Of a stretch of 64,000 nt of DNA, positions 29,164 through 39,418 are shown piece after piece. The stretch's first letter is position 1, and each line of letters begins with the position of its first letter. This DNA comes from Candidatus Sericytochromatia bacterium (GTDB taxonomy: Bacteria > Cyanobacteriota > Sericytochromatia > UBA7694), in contig CAWCRG010000017.1 of the NCBI GenBank assembly GCA_963797915.1, positions 299,074 through 363,073 of the forward strand, written 5' to 3'. Under the pieces are notes generated by a model that ran no database searches, had not been told where the DNA came from, and saw nothing but the letters and a program-made list of their open reading frames with translations. A program made the translations under genes and the position numbers.

Positions 29164-30306
29164 ATGCTATCTCGTCACCTGCTTGCCGTCATTGCTACCA
29201 GTCTATTGCTCAATGCCTGTGTCTCATCCCCTACCCTTACGCCTGCACCTGCTCCCGGCGGTGTGTCGTCGTCAATTACGCCTCAACGTCCTGTATTGGC
29301 TTCTGCGCTCCTTAAGCGTCCATTACGCCTGGGGCGCATTGATGGGCAAGTCGTTCCTCTGGCAGAGATTGCAGGGGCTGACGCTGCTTTTGCCGTTAAA
29401 ATGGATATTGCCGTAGGTGCTGCGATGGCAGAGCCCGCCATTGGCCGCATGCCGATTGCTCCCGGTTATTATTATGGCGGCCATGACTTTAACAGCTACA
29501 GCATTCAGTATGCTGAAGAAAATATTTACCCTGCTGCCCAGGGTAGCGGAATGATTGCCGTTTATAACCAAAGCGTTAAGCCGATTATGGCTGAGTGGGA
29601 TGCCGACGCCCGTTTATTAGAGTCTCGTGCTCAACAAAATGGTGAAAACGAAGAGTATATCCAGTTTCCGGGTAAAGATGAGCCCATTCGATTAAAGCCC
29701 CGCTTTGTTTATCGTCTGGCTTCTAACGCCAAAAAAGAAACCTTAAATGTTTATGTCCTGGATAAAGAGATTCGCGTTCACCGCATGGTTTGGGGCGAAC
29801 AAAACATTGAGATCACTCGCGTGAAAATTGACTCCGATGCTGCGTTAAACATTGCTCGCCGTGCTTTTTCCAATAAGCAAAATCCTTCCGGTATTCCGGT
29901 TTACCCTGAGGCAAATAATCCCGAAGCAACAATGATTATTTATGACATCCCTCAGGATATTCAGTGGAACCTCAATTTAAATCAGCAATCACGGGACAGC
30001 CTGCGTTATTTTGTGAATATTAATTTTGAAATCAAGTCCGAAGCGCTGCCTGAACCCATGCCTTCGCGAGCTGACAATGGAAACGATCCTGAAATTGTTT
30101 ATCCGCAAGAAAATCAGTATCTTTACGGTTCAGTAGAAATTGACGCCATTACTGGTGAGATTAAGTCGATGAATCGCCCGGTGGTTTACCCCATGTACCG
30201 TGGTGGTCCCGTTGCTTATGATGGTGGTAAGCCTATGCCCGTAGACGTTATTGCGTCAGCCGATGCTGATGATGTTGTGTCATCAGCCCCTGCTGATAAA
30301 GAATAA
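29164..30306 (+). CDS. Lipoprotein of unknown function (paralog A)
   Basis: ATG at 29164 is preceded by AAGGAG. Lipobox LLLNAC. The C-terminal half is homologous to the next gene (KKETLNVYVLDKEIRVHRMVWG). Confidence 0.55.
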   Translation: MLSRHLLAVIATSLLLNACVSSPTLTPAPAPGGVSSSITPQRPVLASALLKRPLRLGRIDGQVVPLAEIAGADAAFAVKMDIAVGAAMAEPAIGRMPIAPGYYYGGHDFNSYSIQYAEENIYPAAQGSGMIAVYNQSVKPIMAEWDADARLLESRAQQNGENEEYIQFPGKDEPIRLKPRFVYRLASNAKKETLNVYVLDKEIRVHRMVWGEQNIEITRVKIDSDAALNIARRAFSNKQNPSGIPVYPEANNPEATMIIYDIPQDIQWNLNLNQQSRDSLRYFVNINFEIKSEALPEPMPSRADNGNDPEIVYPQENQYLYGSVEIDAITGEIKSMNRPVVYPMYRGGPVAYDGGKPMPVDVIASADADDVVSSAPADKE

Positions 30307-30317
30307 GGAGTTGTAAA

Positions 30318-31436
30318 ATGATGAATCGTATGTTTTCTATTCAGCCTCTGTTAGTCGCCCTGAGCTTTAGCGTGCTTGTGGCCTGCCAATCGGCACAGAC
30401 CCCCGGGCAAACGCCGGGCCCCTCTCCGTCATCAACGCTTCCTTCACCGGTGGCATCGGCAGGTACAGACACGAATGTCTCTGCTTTATTTCCCAATGCG
30501 CTCAGCAAGCGCAGCTTGTCACCGGCCTCTTTTTCCGAAGGTCAGAACGCGCAGGATACTGCGGCTCCCGCTGCTTCTGAATCCAGTAGTGGCGCCGCTG
30601 CGCCTCGTGCTCCTGGGGCCGCCCCTGCCGGTGATGTCGCTGTGGGTAAAATGATTGCCCCCGGCTATTTTGGCAGCCCTTTTGATCAGGTGGAGCTGAA
30701 GTTTGTCGAGGAACTTCGTTTTGCCGCGCCAGAAGGCAACAGTTTGTTAAGTACCTATAAGCAGGATATGCTTCCCCTGGTGAACAGCTGGGATAGCGAG
30801 GCTCGTTTGCTCATGAGTGCGGCCTCAGAAGGGCAGGAAACGTATTACCTGCCCAATGAAAAGCAAGAATCTGAACAGGTGGCGGTTAACTTTTCGTTTC
30901 AGTGGGTGTCTAACGCGAAACAAGAAACCCTGATGATCTATGTTTTAGACAAAGAAATTCGCATGCACCGTATGGTGTGGGGGCCTCCCAATATCGATAT
31001 CAGTCAGGTAAAAGTAGATACCGCAGATGCGATGGCTCGCGCTAAAAAAGCGTTCTCTGATCGCAGCAAAGATCCGGGGTACCCCGTTTATCCTGAATCC
31101 AACAGTGTGGATCCAAACATTCGTATATTGTATGCTATACCTGAAGATGCTTCCTGGGATATTTCTTTGAACGAGCAACAGGGTAAGCTCCGCTATTTTG
31201 TATCGGTTAACTTTAAAGTGAACGATGCGGCTTCACAGCGGTCAGATATTTATGCAGGGGGTTTTATTGAAATGGATGCCATGACAGGAAAAATAGAGCA
31301 GTTGAATCGTCCCACGTGGTATGAGTGGAGTGACCGTGAACCTCAATTCTCAGAGGGTTCTACCGGCTCAGCCATTTCTTCACCCCCTCTACCTCCTGAA
31401 CCCATGCTCATGACGCCTGCTGAGGGCGTAAGATAG
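30318..31436 (+). CDS. Lipoprotein of unknown function (paralog B)
   Basis: Lipobox VLVAC. A low-complexity Ala/Ser/Pro linker is followed by a domain homologous to paralog A (KQETLMIYVLDKEIRMHRMVWG). Confidence 0.55.
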   Translation: MMNRMFSIQPLLVALSFSVLVACQSAQTPGQTPGPSPSSTLPSPVASAGTDTNVSALFPNALSKRSLSPASFSEGQNAQDTAAPAASESSSGAAAPRAPGAAPAGDVAVGKMIAPGYFGSPFDQVELKFVEELRFAAPEGNSLLSTYKQDMLPLVNSWDSEARLLMSAASEGQETYYLPNEKQESEQVAVNFSFQWVSNAKQETLMIYVLDKEIRMHRMVWGPPNIDISQVKVDTADAMARAKKAFSDRSKDPGYPVYPESNSVDPNIRILYAIPEDASWDISLNEQQGKLRYFVSVNFKVNDAASQRSDIYAGGFIEMDAMTGKIEQLNRPTWYEWSDREPQFSEGSTGSAISSPPLPPEPMLMTPAEGVR

Positions 31437-32623
31437 TGCCCCGAAGAAAAGCCAATGGCGCAGGGAAAACACCGTTTTCTCTGCGCTTGCGGGCCCTGCG
31501 CAAACAAAGTCAGCTGAAAATGGATCAGCTGGCCGAGGCCGTGGGTGTTTCTAAATCCTTTATTTCATTATTAGAGTCGGGGGGGCGACAGCCCTCTCGT
31601 GAAGTGGTCTTAAATTTATCGGAGGCGCTGTTTTCCGCGCTCTCTGATCATGAGGACGATGGACACGATCAACTGCGCGATGAGTTATTAATTTTGGCTG
31701 GGTTCATGCCCGTTAACCCCCGTGCAGTTAGTGCTTATCGTGATACGTTGCTGGTGTATCAACAAGCCCTTGCCGAAAATCCTGACGATTTTCGGTTGTT
31801 TTCGCGTTGGTTGCTGGCCCTGATTCGTGCAGAACGTCAGGAAGAGGCCTACACCCATATTCAAGAGGGCCTTCAACGTTTTCAAGAAACCGCCTATATG
31901 CAGTGTCTTTTGGCACACCTGGAGTTAAGCAAAGGCAATTACGAAGCCGCTTTAATCAATCAAGAAAGTGCGCTCAAGCACGTTCGGCAGCAACCGGCTC
32001 CCCATTTAACCGAAGCAGATCTCATCTTTAATCTGGGTGCTATCCATTTTTTGATGGGCCATAAAAGTATGCGTGAAGGCGATCAAAAAATCGCTTTAAG
32101 TCATTATGAGCAGGCCATTGAAAACATGGAAGCATCGTTAGCTCTGGCTGAATCAGATATTTATGTGCTCGACGAATATGCCCGCCTATTGTTTAACCGC
32201 GCCTACCTCACCCAGGAGAATGCTCATTGGGAACAAACCATACAGGCTTATCGTCGTGTACTTATAGACCCAAAGAAAGCAGCCCTGGGAGTGAGTGCGC
32301 TGCGAGAGTCAGCTGCGTTTTTAGCCCATGCCTATACGCAAAACCAGGATTTTGCTACCGCAGAGCTTACCCTTGGTTTGCTGAGCGCTTTTCAAGCAGA
32401 ATACTGGTTGGTGAACTATTTACAAGCCTGTCTTTATACGGCGATGTTTAAATCTTCACAACAGGACCCCTGGCTAGACCGGGCTTTGCAGGCCTTAGCC
32501 GAGAGCCTGAAGCAGTCACCAGACCGGGTGCGAGAGGAAGCCCTGCACGATCCCGACCTACAGTTGCTTCGCGAGTGCCGCGCCCAAGACTTTAACCGAT
32601 TACTTAAGGAGAAAACCCGATGA
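31436..32623 (+). CDS. XRE-family HTH transcriptional regulator with TPR-like C-terminal domain
   Basis: HTH segment LRKQSQLKMDQLAEAVGVSKSFISLLESG. The C-terminal region is helical and repeat-like. The start overlaps the upstream stop. Confidence 0.6.
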   Translation: MPRRKANGAGKTPFSLRLRALRKQSQLKMDQLAEAVGVSKSFISLLESGGRQPSREVVLNLSEALFSALSDHEDDGHDQLRDELLILAGFMPVNPRAVSAYRDTLLVYQQALAENPDDFRLFSRWLLALIRAERQEEAYTHIQEGLQRFQETAYMQCLLAHLELSKGNYEAALINQESALKHVRQQPAPHLTEADLIFNLGAIHFLMGHKSMREGDQKIALSHYEQAIENMEASLALAESDIYVLDEYARLLFNRAYLTQENAHWEQTIQAYRRVLIDPKKAALGVSALRESAAFLAHAYTQNQDFATAELTLGLLSAFQAEYWLVNYLQACLYTAMFKSSQQDPWLDRALQALAESLKQSPDRVREEALHDPDLQLLRECRAQDFNRLLKEKTR

Positions 32624-34398
32624 ACAAGCACCCTTTAATCGCTACCGCATTCTTACTTTCATTGACCCTCTACACTGCCTGTAGCGCCCAAAACACTCCC
32701 TCTACCGTCAGCCCCAATCCCTCTGTTGATGCCAATGGTAATATTACTCCTTTTCCCAAGGGCCCCAAAGAACTCGACGGTATTATGCTGCCGAATGACG
32801 CATCACTTAACGCTGGTAATGGTCTGGGTAGTCGCAAAAGCAATGACGGCCTCATAAACGATAGCGCCGCAATGGTAGGCATAGAAGCGCCTGCTGCGCC
32901 GCCGATGGCAGAGTTTGCCCCGGGCGACGATGCCGCGGATGATTTCTCTACACCGGCTCCTCAGCCTACACCCACTCCGCAAAGTGAGGAGACTCCTTCG
33001 GATAACTCGCCCGAAACTTCGGTAGTGGAAGCGCAAAACTTTTTTTATTTTTCTTATGATGACTCAGCCAGTACGGCGGGTGTAGAGCAAACCAAGTTTG
33101 CCCTTGAGCGCAGTAGCCCTGTGCTTCCCAATCCTTCCTGGGTAAGGCCCTGGGAGTTTCTCAATTACGAAACCTTTACCCCGCAAAAGCTGACGACGCT
33201 AGGTACTTTTCAAGTGGCCATGGGTGTCTGGCAACACCGTGTACCCGGAAGTAATGATCCCAATACGCTCGCCGAGGAGCAAAGTGCTTATGATCTGGGG
33301 ATTCAGGTGAAAACGCCTGAAGTGAGTAAGGCAGATCGGCAAAATATCGTCTTGACGCTTCTACTGGATGTTTCTGGATCGATGAAAAGCCCCTCGGTGC
33401 AATTGAGTGAGTCGCAGCAGGTTCCTGACCTTTTAGCGGTGGCTAAAGCGGGCTTGCGCAAGTTGCCTGAACAACTCAAAGCCGGTGATGTGGTGAATTT
33501 GGTCACGTTTTCGAATGCGGCGACGACCCGTTTGGAGTCCTGGGCTTATACCGGTGAGGATACCCAGTGGCAATCCGTTGTATCGGCGTTAAATACCGAA
33601 GGGGGCACTAACCTTAATATTGGATTAGAGAAGGCCTACGCGCTGGCGCAGAAAACCTATAACTCTGCCAAAACCAACCGGGTGATGATGTTGACCGATG
33701 CTTTTGCCAACCAGGGGCAGGTGAATGCCGATATTGTGGCGCGCAATACCCAGATTAATAATGCCGAAGGCATTTACTTTTCGGGTCTGGGCCTTGGCGC
33801 TGATTTTAATGAGGGCTTTTTAAACACCCTTACCGAAGCCGGTAAGGGAAGCTATACCGCTTTAATGAGTACCACTGATGCCGAGCGTGCGTTTGGTGAG
33901 CGTTTTATTTCACTCACCCAAATTGCGGCCCGTGACGTGCGCTTTCGCCTGGATTACCCTGCTGCCTTGCAGCGTACGATCTCTGCAGCGGAGCAATCCT
34001 CTCAGGTGGCCAGCGAGGTGGACCCCATCCACTTTGCAGCCAATAGCTCTCAGTTTTTCTTAGAGCGCTTTCAGGCCGATGGTGAGGGTAACGTTAACGG
34101 AAGTATCAAGTTGACGATTGCCTATACCGATCCCGTCACCGGAGCAGAACGCGAAGAGGTGCAGTCGCTACCCCTAAGCGACCTGTTAAATCAGGAGCTA
34201 CCCAGTATTAAAGATGCCCGTATGGTGACGTTGCTGACCCAGCTGATTCAGGGCAAGGTGTCTCCAGCGGCAGCGCGTGTAGAAATGGATGCACTGCTTA
34301 ATACCCATAGCAGTGCATTGGCCAACACCTATAAAAAATATATTGAAACCTGGTTGTCTTTAGCTCAGGGCAATCAAGACACTGTTTCAGAACCTTAA
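32620..34398 (+). CDS. von Willebrand factor A domain lipoprotein
   Basis: Lipobox LTLYTAC. A MIDAS-containing vWA core (VLTLLLDVSGSM… TNLNIGL… MLTD). ATGA overlap with the upstream gene. Confidence 0.65.
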   Translation: MNKHPLIATAFLLSLTLYTACSAQNTPSTVSPNPSVDANGNITPFPKGPKELDGIMLPNDASLNAGNGLGSRKSNDGLINDSAAMVGIEAPAAPPMAEFAPGDDAADDFSTPAPQPTPTPQSEETPSDNSPETSVVEAQNFFYFSYDDSASTAGVEQTKFALERSSPVLPNPSWVRPWEFLNYETFTPQKLTTLGTFQVAMGVWQHRVPGSNDPNTLAEEQSAYDLGIQVKTPEVSKADRQNIVLTLLLDVSGSMKSPSVQLSESQQVPDLLAVAKAGLRKLPEQLKAGDVVNLVTFSNAATTRLESWAYTGEDTQWQSVVSALNTEGGTNLNIGLEKAYALAQKTYNSAKTNRVMMLTDAFANQGQVNADIVARNTQINNAEGIYFSGLGLGADFNEGFLNTLTEAGKGSYTALMSTTDAERAFGERFISLTQIAARDVRFRLDYPAALQRTISAAEQSSQVASEVDPIHFAANSSQFFLERFQADGEGNVNGSIKLTIAYTDPVTGAEREEVQSLPLSDLLNQELPSIKDARMVTLLTQLIQGKVSPAAARVEMDALLNTHSSALANTYKKYIETWLSLAQGNQDTVSEP

Positions 34399-34461
34399 AA
34401 TGCTTGGGAGCATTTTGCCGTATACTATGAGGGTGAAAGGCCTTTCTGGTGATGGCGTGTC

Positions 34462-35160
34462 ATGATCTTTAACTTTTTTCGGCGCAATAAACCTCAGTCT
34501 CCTGCTTCAGCTGAGCAATTTCCTTTTTTTGCTTCTAAAAAAGAGCTAGAAGGCTCTAAGGCCTTGCCTTTGCTGAATGAGGTTGAGGCTGAACTGCTGC
34601 GTTTACAAGGGCTAGGCGAGAAGCAGTTGCTTACACCCGGTGATCAAAATCGCTATACAGAACTTCAGCAGCAGCATCGTGAATTGCTGGGTAGTGGTCA
34701 GCTTAACGCACCCTTATCCACAAGTCTGCTGGTGTCAGAGCAAGTTCAGCCGGGTGATCTTGCCGATGAGTGGATGCGACCTACGGCAGCGGCCCACGTT
34801 TTATTGGTGGAGGACGACCGCGATTTATCTGAAATGCTCAATTTTTGTTTGCACCGTATTACCACTCAGGTCACGGTATTGCACGACGGAAACGCCGCAG
34901 TGGAATGGATCGCTCAAAACGATCCTGTGGATTTAATTTCTTTGGATCTGATGCTTCCCCGAAAAGATGGTTTGCAGCTGCTGCATTATATTCGTGCCCA
35001 GCCCGCCTGGGAAAAAGTGCCGATTTTGGTCATGAGTTCTAAATCTGATGAGTCTACGGTACAGACAGTCCTTAATGCTGGTGCAAATGTTTACCTCACC
35101 AAACCCATTCAGCCCGATGCTTACCTGGCACAGGTTCAAAAGCTGATGGCTGACCAATGA
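34462..35160 (+). CDS. Protein with C-terminal response-regulator receiver (REC) domain
   Basis: LLVEDD acidic pocket, phospho-acceptor Asp in ISLDLMLP, conserved Ser (VMSSKSD) and Lys (YLTKP). The N-terminal ~110 aa are of unknown function. Confidence 0.6.
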   Translation: MIFNFFRRNKPQSPASAEQFPFFASKKELEGSKALPLLNEVEAELLRLQGLGEKQLLTPGDQNRYTELQQQHRELLGSGQLNAPLSTSLLVSEQVQPGDLADEWMRPTAAAHVLLVEDDRDLSEMLNFCLHRITTQVTVLHDGNAAVEWIAQNDPVDLISLDLMLPRKDGLQLLHYIRAQPAWEKVPILVMSSKSDESTVQTVLNAGANVYLTKPIQPDAYLAQVQKLMADQ

Positions 35161-35173
35161 GTAGCTGATCACG

Positions 35174-36235
35174 ATGGGTACGCCATTGCAATGGTTGCTG
35201 GTGGTTGTTTTTTTTGATATTTCCCTCATTTTTGCCTTGTTGCTGTGGCGTTTGGTTTTACGCACGCAATCAAAGCGCAAGCTCGCCTTTATTAAGCAGT
35301 GGCGCTCCGTGTTGATGGGTTATGCCATGGGGCAACCCTTAACCGCTTTACCCCTGCTTAAACCCCGAGATCATAGCTTGTTCTTTATGTTGTGGAACGA
35401 CACACAGCAGCAATTGGTGGGCTCTGCCAGCCCGCGTTTAAACCAGTTGATTCAAGACCTCCAGCTGGTGCCAGAGGTTCTCAGACGTTTGCGTCGGGGC
35501 AATTTGCGAGAGCAGATGGTGGCCTGTCAAACTGTGGGCCATCTCGAAACTTTACAAGAAGCGTGGCCCTCGCTGGTGCATTTGGCTTTTGAAGGCCATG
35601 ATCGACTGGCTTTTTTTGCTTTGCAGGCTTTAATTCAGATGAGTCCAGAGGCTGCGTTACCGGTGATTTTAGATATTATGAGCACCGGTGGAGCAGCGCC
35701 TGCACGACTTTTGGGGCTGTTTCGTCGCTACCCATCTGGCGCTCTGGTGGAACCTCTCCTGGGGTTTCTACAAGAAGCCCTTTATGCGCATGATCTTAAG
35801 CGATCTTTGCATATTATTGCGCTCTTGGAAGTCCTGCCTTTTCCTTCGGTGTTGCCCACCATGCGCCAAATTTTGGTAGAAGCGACGGATCCAGAGCTTA
35901 TTGTCAGTTGTTTGCAGGTGATGACAGATTTACACGACCCCTGGTGTCTTGGCTTGAGCTTGCCCTATTTAAACCATCCTGATTGGCGGGTGCGTCAACA
36001 CGCGGTTGCTGCTCTTGGCAAAGTTGCCCAGGGTCCACAGGTTCCTGTACTGCTAAAGGGTTTAGAAGACGACTCGTCCTGGGTGGCTCAGGCAGCCTTA
36101 GAAGCCCTTTGGGAACTTCCCGGATTTCGCCGAGAGAAGTTACAGCAACTCAGCCGTGAGCATGGAAGTGCTCGGGTCAGAGAGCGTCTTCAGCAGTTTT
36201 TTGCAGAGCAGCAGGTGTTCACCCACCATGCTTGA
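35174..36235 (+). CDS. HEAT/PBS-lyase-like repeat protein with N-terminal membrane anchor
   Basis: N-terminal TM helix, then repeated helical HEAT-like units (…DWRVRQHAVAALGKV…). Confidence 0.5.
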   Translation: MGTPLQWLLVVVFFDISLIFALLLWRLVLRTQSKRKLAFIKQWRSVLMGYAMGQPLTALPLLKPRDHSLFFMLWNDTQQQLVGSASPRLNQLIQDLQLVPEVLRRLRRGNLREQMVACQTVGHLETLQEAWPSLVHLAFEGHDRLAFFALQALIQMSPEAALPVILDIMSTGGAAPARLLGLFRRYPSGALVEPLLGFLQEALYAHDLKRSLHIIALLEVLPFPSVLPTMRQILVEATDPELIVSCLQVMTDLHDPWCLGLSLPYLNHPDWRVRQHAVAALGKVAQGPQVPVLLKGLEDDSSWVAQAALEALWELPGFRREKLQQLSREHGSARVRERLQQFFAEQQVFTHHA

Positions 36236-37607
36236 ATACTTTTTTACCGTCTATTTTGTGTTGCTCAACAGCAGTTACTTACTGCTCAATTTAATTGGGG
36301 CCTGCAGCATCATTCGCCGTCGGCCCACTTATGAGTTATCTCGTTTGCCGATGGACTACGGGCGTTTTGAGCCTGCTGTCAGCGTTTTAGTGCCCGCTTA
36401 TAACGAAGAACAAACCATTGTAAGCGCCTTACAATCGGTATTACAGCTGGAGTATCACTGCTATGAAGTCCTGGTGATTAACGATGGATCGAAGGATCAA
36501 ACCCTCCAGGTATTAACGACTCACTTTGAACTACAGCCCATGCCTCTGCCTCCTGTTGAGGGGTTATCGACGGCGGAGGTCAACGGTTTTTATCGCTCGC
36601 GCCGCTATCCTTTTTTGCGTGTCATAGATAAGGCTAACGGGGGCAAGGCAGACGCATTGAATGCGGGTGCAAATCTCGCCCGGTATCCATTGGTGTGTTG
36701 TCTGGACGCCGACTCGATTTTACAGCGCGATAGCTTACGTGATGTGGTGCAGCCTTTTATTGACGGGGTTGATGTGGTTTGTTCAGGCGGAACGGTGCGG
36801 GTGGCGAATGGCTCTGCGATTCGGGACGGATTTTTAGATGCTGTGGGCATCTCAAATCATCCGCTGGCTTTGTTTCAAACGGTGGAATACCTGCGCGCGT
36901 TTTTGTTTGGTCGCGAAGGCTGGTCGCCTTTTAACGCCTTGCTGATTGTGTCCGGTGCTTTTGGCGTTTTTGATCGCGAAGTTTTACTTGAAGTGGGCGG
37001 ATATCGCCGACAAACCATTGGAGAAGACATGGAGCTTACGGTGCGTTTGCACCGGTTTATGTCCCAACGAAAACGGCCTTACCGAATTCAGTTTTTGGCG
37101 GAGCCTGTGTGTTGGACCGAAGCCCCTGAAGATTTAGGCACCTTACGCAATCAGCGTATTCGCTGGCAGCGTGGTTTGTTGGAGAGCTTATGGCTCAACA
37201 AAAAACTGCTGTTTTCTCCCCGTGGAGGCTTTGCGGGCAATGTTGCCTTTCCCTTCTTTTTGATTTTTGAGGCCGTTGGCCCACTGATTGAAGTCGCTGC
37301 TTATCTCTTTATGTCACTGGGCGTATTATTCGGATATGTTGACACAGACAGCCTGGTGCTGTTTACGATAGCCTCTATCGGTATGGGGATGACCATGTCG
37401 ATTAGTGCGCTACTCATGGAGGAAGTTTGTTTTCATATGTACCCGCGTACCCGTCAGGTCATGGTGCTCATTGCTTTTGCACTCTTAGAAAACCTGGGGT
37501 ATCGCCAGTTGAACTCATGGTGGCGTTTGCTGGGGTTATACCAATGGTTGACGGGCCAACAGCAGCAGTGGGGAGTGATGAAGAGAAAGGGAAATGAGCG
37601 CGCCTGA
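36228..37607 (+). CDS. Family 2 processive glycosyltransferase (PgaC/IcaA/NodC-like beta-glycan synthase)
   Basis: DGSKDQT (DxD-like), LDADS, and QRIRWQRG (QxxRW) motifs with flanking TM helices. ATG at 36228 overlaps the upstream stop. Confidence 0.7.
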   Translation: MLEYFFTVYFVLLNSSYLLLNLIGACSIIRRRPTYELSRLPMDYGRFEPAVSVLVPAYNEEQTIVSALQSVLQLEYHCYEVLVINDGSKDQTLQVLTTHFELQPMPLPPVEGLSTAEVNGFYRSRRYPFLRVIDKANGGKADALNAGANLARYPLVCCLDADSILQRDSLRDVVQPFIDGVDVVCSGGTVRVANGSAIRDGFLDAVGISNHPLALFQTVEYLRAFLFGREGWSPFNALLIVSGAFGVFDREVLLEVGGYRRQTIGEDMELTVRLHRFMSQRKRPYRIQFLAEPVCWTEAPEDLGTLRNQRIRWQRGLLESLWLNKKLLFSPRGGFAGNVAFPFFLIFEAVGPLIEVAAYLFMSLGVLFGYVDTDSLVLFTIASIGMGMTMSISALLMEEVCFHMYPRTRQVMVLIAFALLENLGYRQLNSWWRLLGLYQWLTGQQQQWGVMKRKGNERA

Positions 37608-37623
37608 AGTTTAAGCGGCTCTG

Positions 37624-38154
37624 CTAGGACACCCGTTGTTGCGGCAGTGGCGCGCTTTCCACAAATTGTCGAACGGCCTGCAGGTCTTCTGTTTGGAGAT
37701 CTTCGGTAAAGGCTTGCCCAGCAAATTTGGCCTGTTCTCCGTGCTGTAAGACCAGCAGGAGCGCATTAAGATGATGGGCGCTGAAATGGCGATCATAGGC
37801 CTGGTTGTGAAAAAATTGAGAGAGCTCGCTGCCGGTATAACTGGTGATACTTAACTGGTAATGGTCACTCAGATAAAGGCGTAAAATGTGCTCTAATTTG
37901 ATATAAAAAGATTCCGGGTTATGGGGCTGGGGCTTTAGTTTCTTGAGGGCTTTAAGGGCCTGATCGCGAGGATCTTTTTGAGGGACTGCTTTAACGGGCG
38001 CTGTTTTAATAGCGGACTTTTTACGTTTGAGCAATTTCCAAAGGATAACGCCAATCACGCTGAGCAGCAATAATAAAATGAGCCCAAAAATAGTGACGCT
38101 CAACCACGGGAAGTCCATACCCATCAGCGGTTTTAATCCGTGAATATCTTCCAT
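37624..38154 (-). CDS. Single-pass membrane hypothetical protein (DUF4381-like?)
   Basis: One TM helix near the N-terminus; 176 aa; 1-bp gap to the downstream gene. Confidence 0.3.
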   Translation of the reverse strand: MEDIHGLKPLMGMDFPWLSVTIFGLILLLLLSVIGVILWKLLKRKKSAIKTAPVKAVPQKDPRDQALKALKKLKPQPHNPESFYIKLEHILRLYLSDHYQLSITSYTGSELSQFFHNQAYDRHFSAHHLNALLLVLQHGEQAKFAGQAFTEDLQTEDLQAVRQFVESAPLPQQRVS

Positions 38155-38155
38155 G

Positions 38156-38662
38156 TTACCTCAACCTGTCTGTGTCATTTAATCCCTGCTCAAACAAAGC
38201 CACGTTGGCTGGCCAGGCGGCAATCTCATCTCGCCCTAGCATACGTTTTAATTGCCATACAATGCTGTTGGGCTGGCAGCAGGGAATATGGGCGAGTAAA
38301 ACCCCCAGGGTGAGCATATTTAAGCCTTGCTCAAAGTTAAGTGCACGCGCCTTCTGTAGCCATCCATCGGCATAGGCATCAATCCGTAGCGCATCTTCTG
38401 ATTGAGGGGGGGTTAAATCTCGCACGCCGGGGTGTAGATAAATCAGGGCGTTATAATCCTGGGCTTCGCTCAAGTTAATGCGCTGGGTGTCCATGAGTAC
38501 TGAGGCCACAACCCGGCCACCGCGGATTCCCCACTCCGGGTCACTACGACTCATGGCAAATTTTTGTTCGTGAGAGAGTGCGCGACACAGCAATTGGGCC
38601 ATAAAGCTGACGCCCTGTCCTCCCTGTCCGGCGATCCATAAACGCAGAGGGAGTGAGCTCAT
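38156..38662 (-). CDS. 2-oxoacid:ferredoxin oxidoreductase gamma subunit (POR_G type)
   Basis: IAGQGGQG motif characteristic of pyruvate/2-ketoisovalerate:ferredoxin oxidoreductase gamma subunits. Confidence 0.65.
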   Translation of the reverse strand: MSSLPLRLWIAGQGGQGVSFMAQLLCRALSHEQKFAMSRSDPEWGIRGGRVVASVLMDTQRINLSEAQDYNALIYLHPGVRDLTPPQSEDALRIDAYADGWLQKARALNFEQGLNMLTLGVLLAHIPCCQPNSIVWQLKRMLGRDEIAAWPANVALFEQGLNDTDRLR

Positions 38663-39375
38663 ATAAACGATCTTTCGTGGCGAAAAACGCCCAGGGGAAA
38701 TTTGCGCAGTACTCTTTTTTCGAGTCGCTCGCGAGCCTCTACAGGGCTACAGTCCCAGTAAGGAGGACACCAGCCCAGGACTTCGACAAAGCTAATGCCG
38801 GGGCCGCTACTTTGAAAGTCAAAGGCATTGATGAGCGCTGTTCGGGCTTGCTCGACGGCCTGAGGGGTGTGCAGTGCGACCCTTTGGGCGAATCCTATAC
38901 CGGGAAAGTGAGCCACTGTTTCTGTCAGCTTAAGGGGGGCACCCATGCGAGAGTGCGAGCGGCCTAAGCGCGTGCTGGTGGTGATCTGGCCCGTTAAACT
39001 GGTGGGGCTCATTTGCCCACCACTGCCGGCCATCACCAGATTATTTAAACAAATGACGGTAATGGATTCCTGACGAGAGGCGACACTCATTAAGGTATCA
39101 AGGCCTCTGGCTGCCAGATCGCCATCTCCCTGATACGTAAAGACAAGCCGTTCCGGGCGGGTGCGTTTTAATCCCGCCGCGACCGCAGGAGCTTGTCCTG
39201 CAGTGGCAGATACAAAGGGTATATTAAAGTATTGCCCCATCGCTTCACTACAGCCGCTTCCACTCACGCCAATGGCGGTATTGCGTAAGTCCTGGGGTTG
39301 AAACTGCTCCAGGACTTCTGCCAGTAAGACTTGAAGTTGGCTGTGGGTACAGCCCGCACAGTAAGCAAAACTCAT
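38659..39375 (-). CDS. 2-oxoacid:ferredoxin oxidoreductase beta subunit (TPP-binding)
   Basis: YCAGCTH and GDGD motifs; overlaps the gamma gene start. Confidence 0.7.
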   Translation of the reverse strand: MSFAYCAGCTHSQLQVLLAEVLEQFQPQDLRNTAIGVSGSGCSEAMGQYFNIPFVSATAGQAPAVAAGLKRTRPERLVFTYQGDGDLAARGLDTLMSVASRQESITVICLNNLVMAGSGGQMSPTSLTGQITTSTRLGRSHSRMGAPLKLTETVAHFPGIGFAQRVALHTPQAVEQARTALINAFDFQSSGPGISFVEVLGWCPPYWDCSPVEARERLEKRVLRKFPLGVFRHERSFI

Positions 39376-39418
39376 GGGTCAAGCTCCTCTCGAGAGGGTT
39401 TGATCTGGAGCTGCTCCA

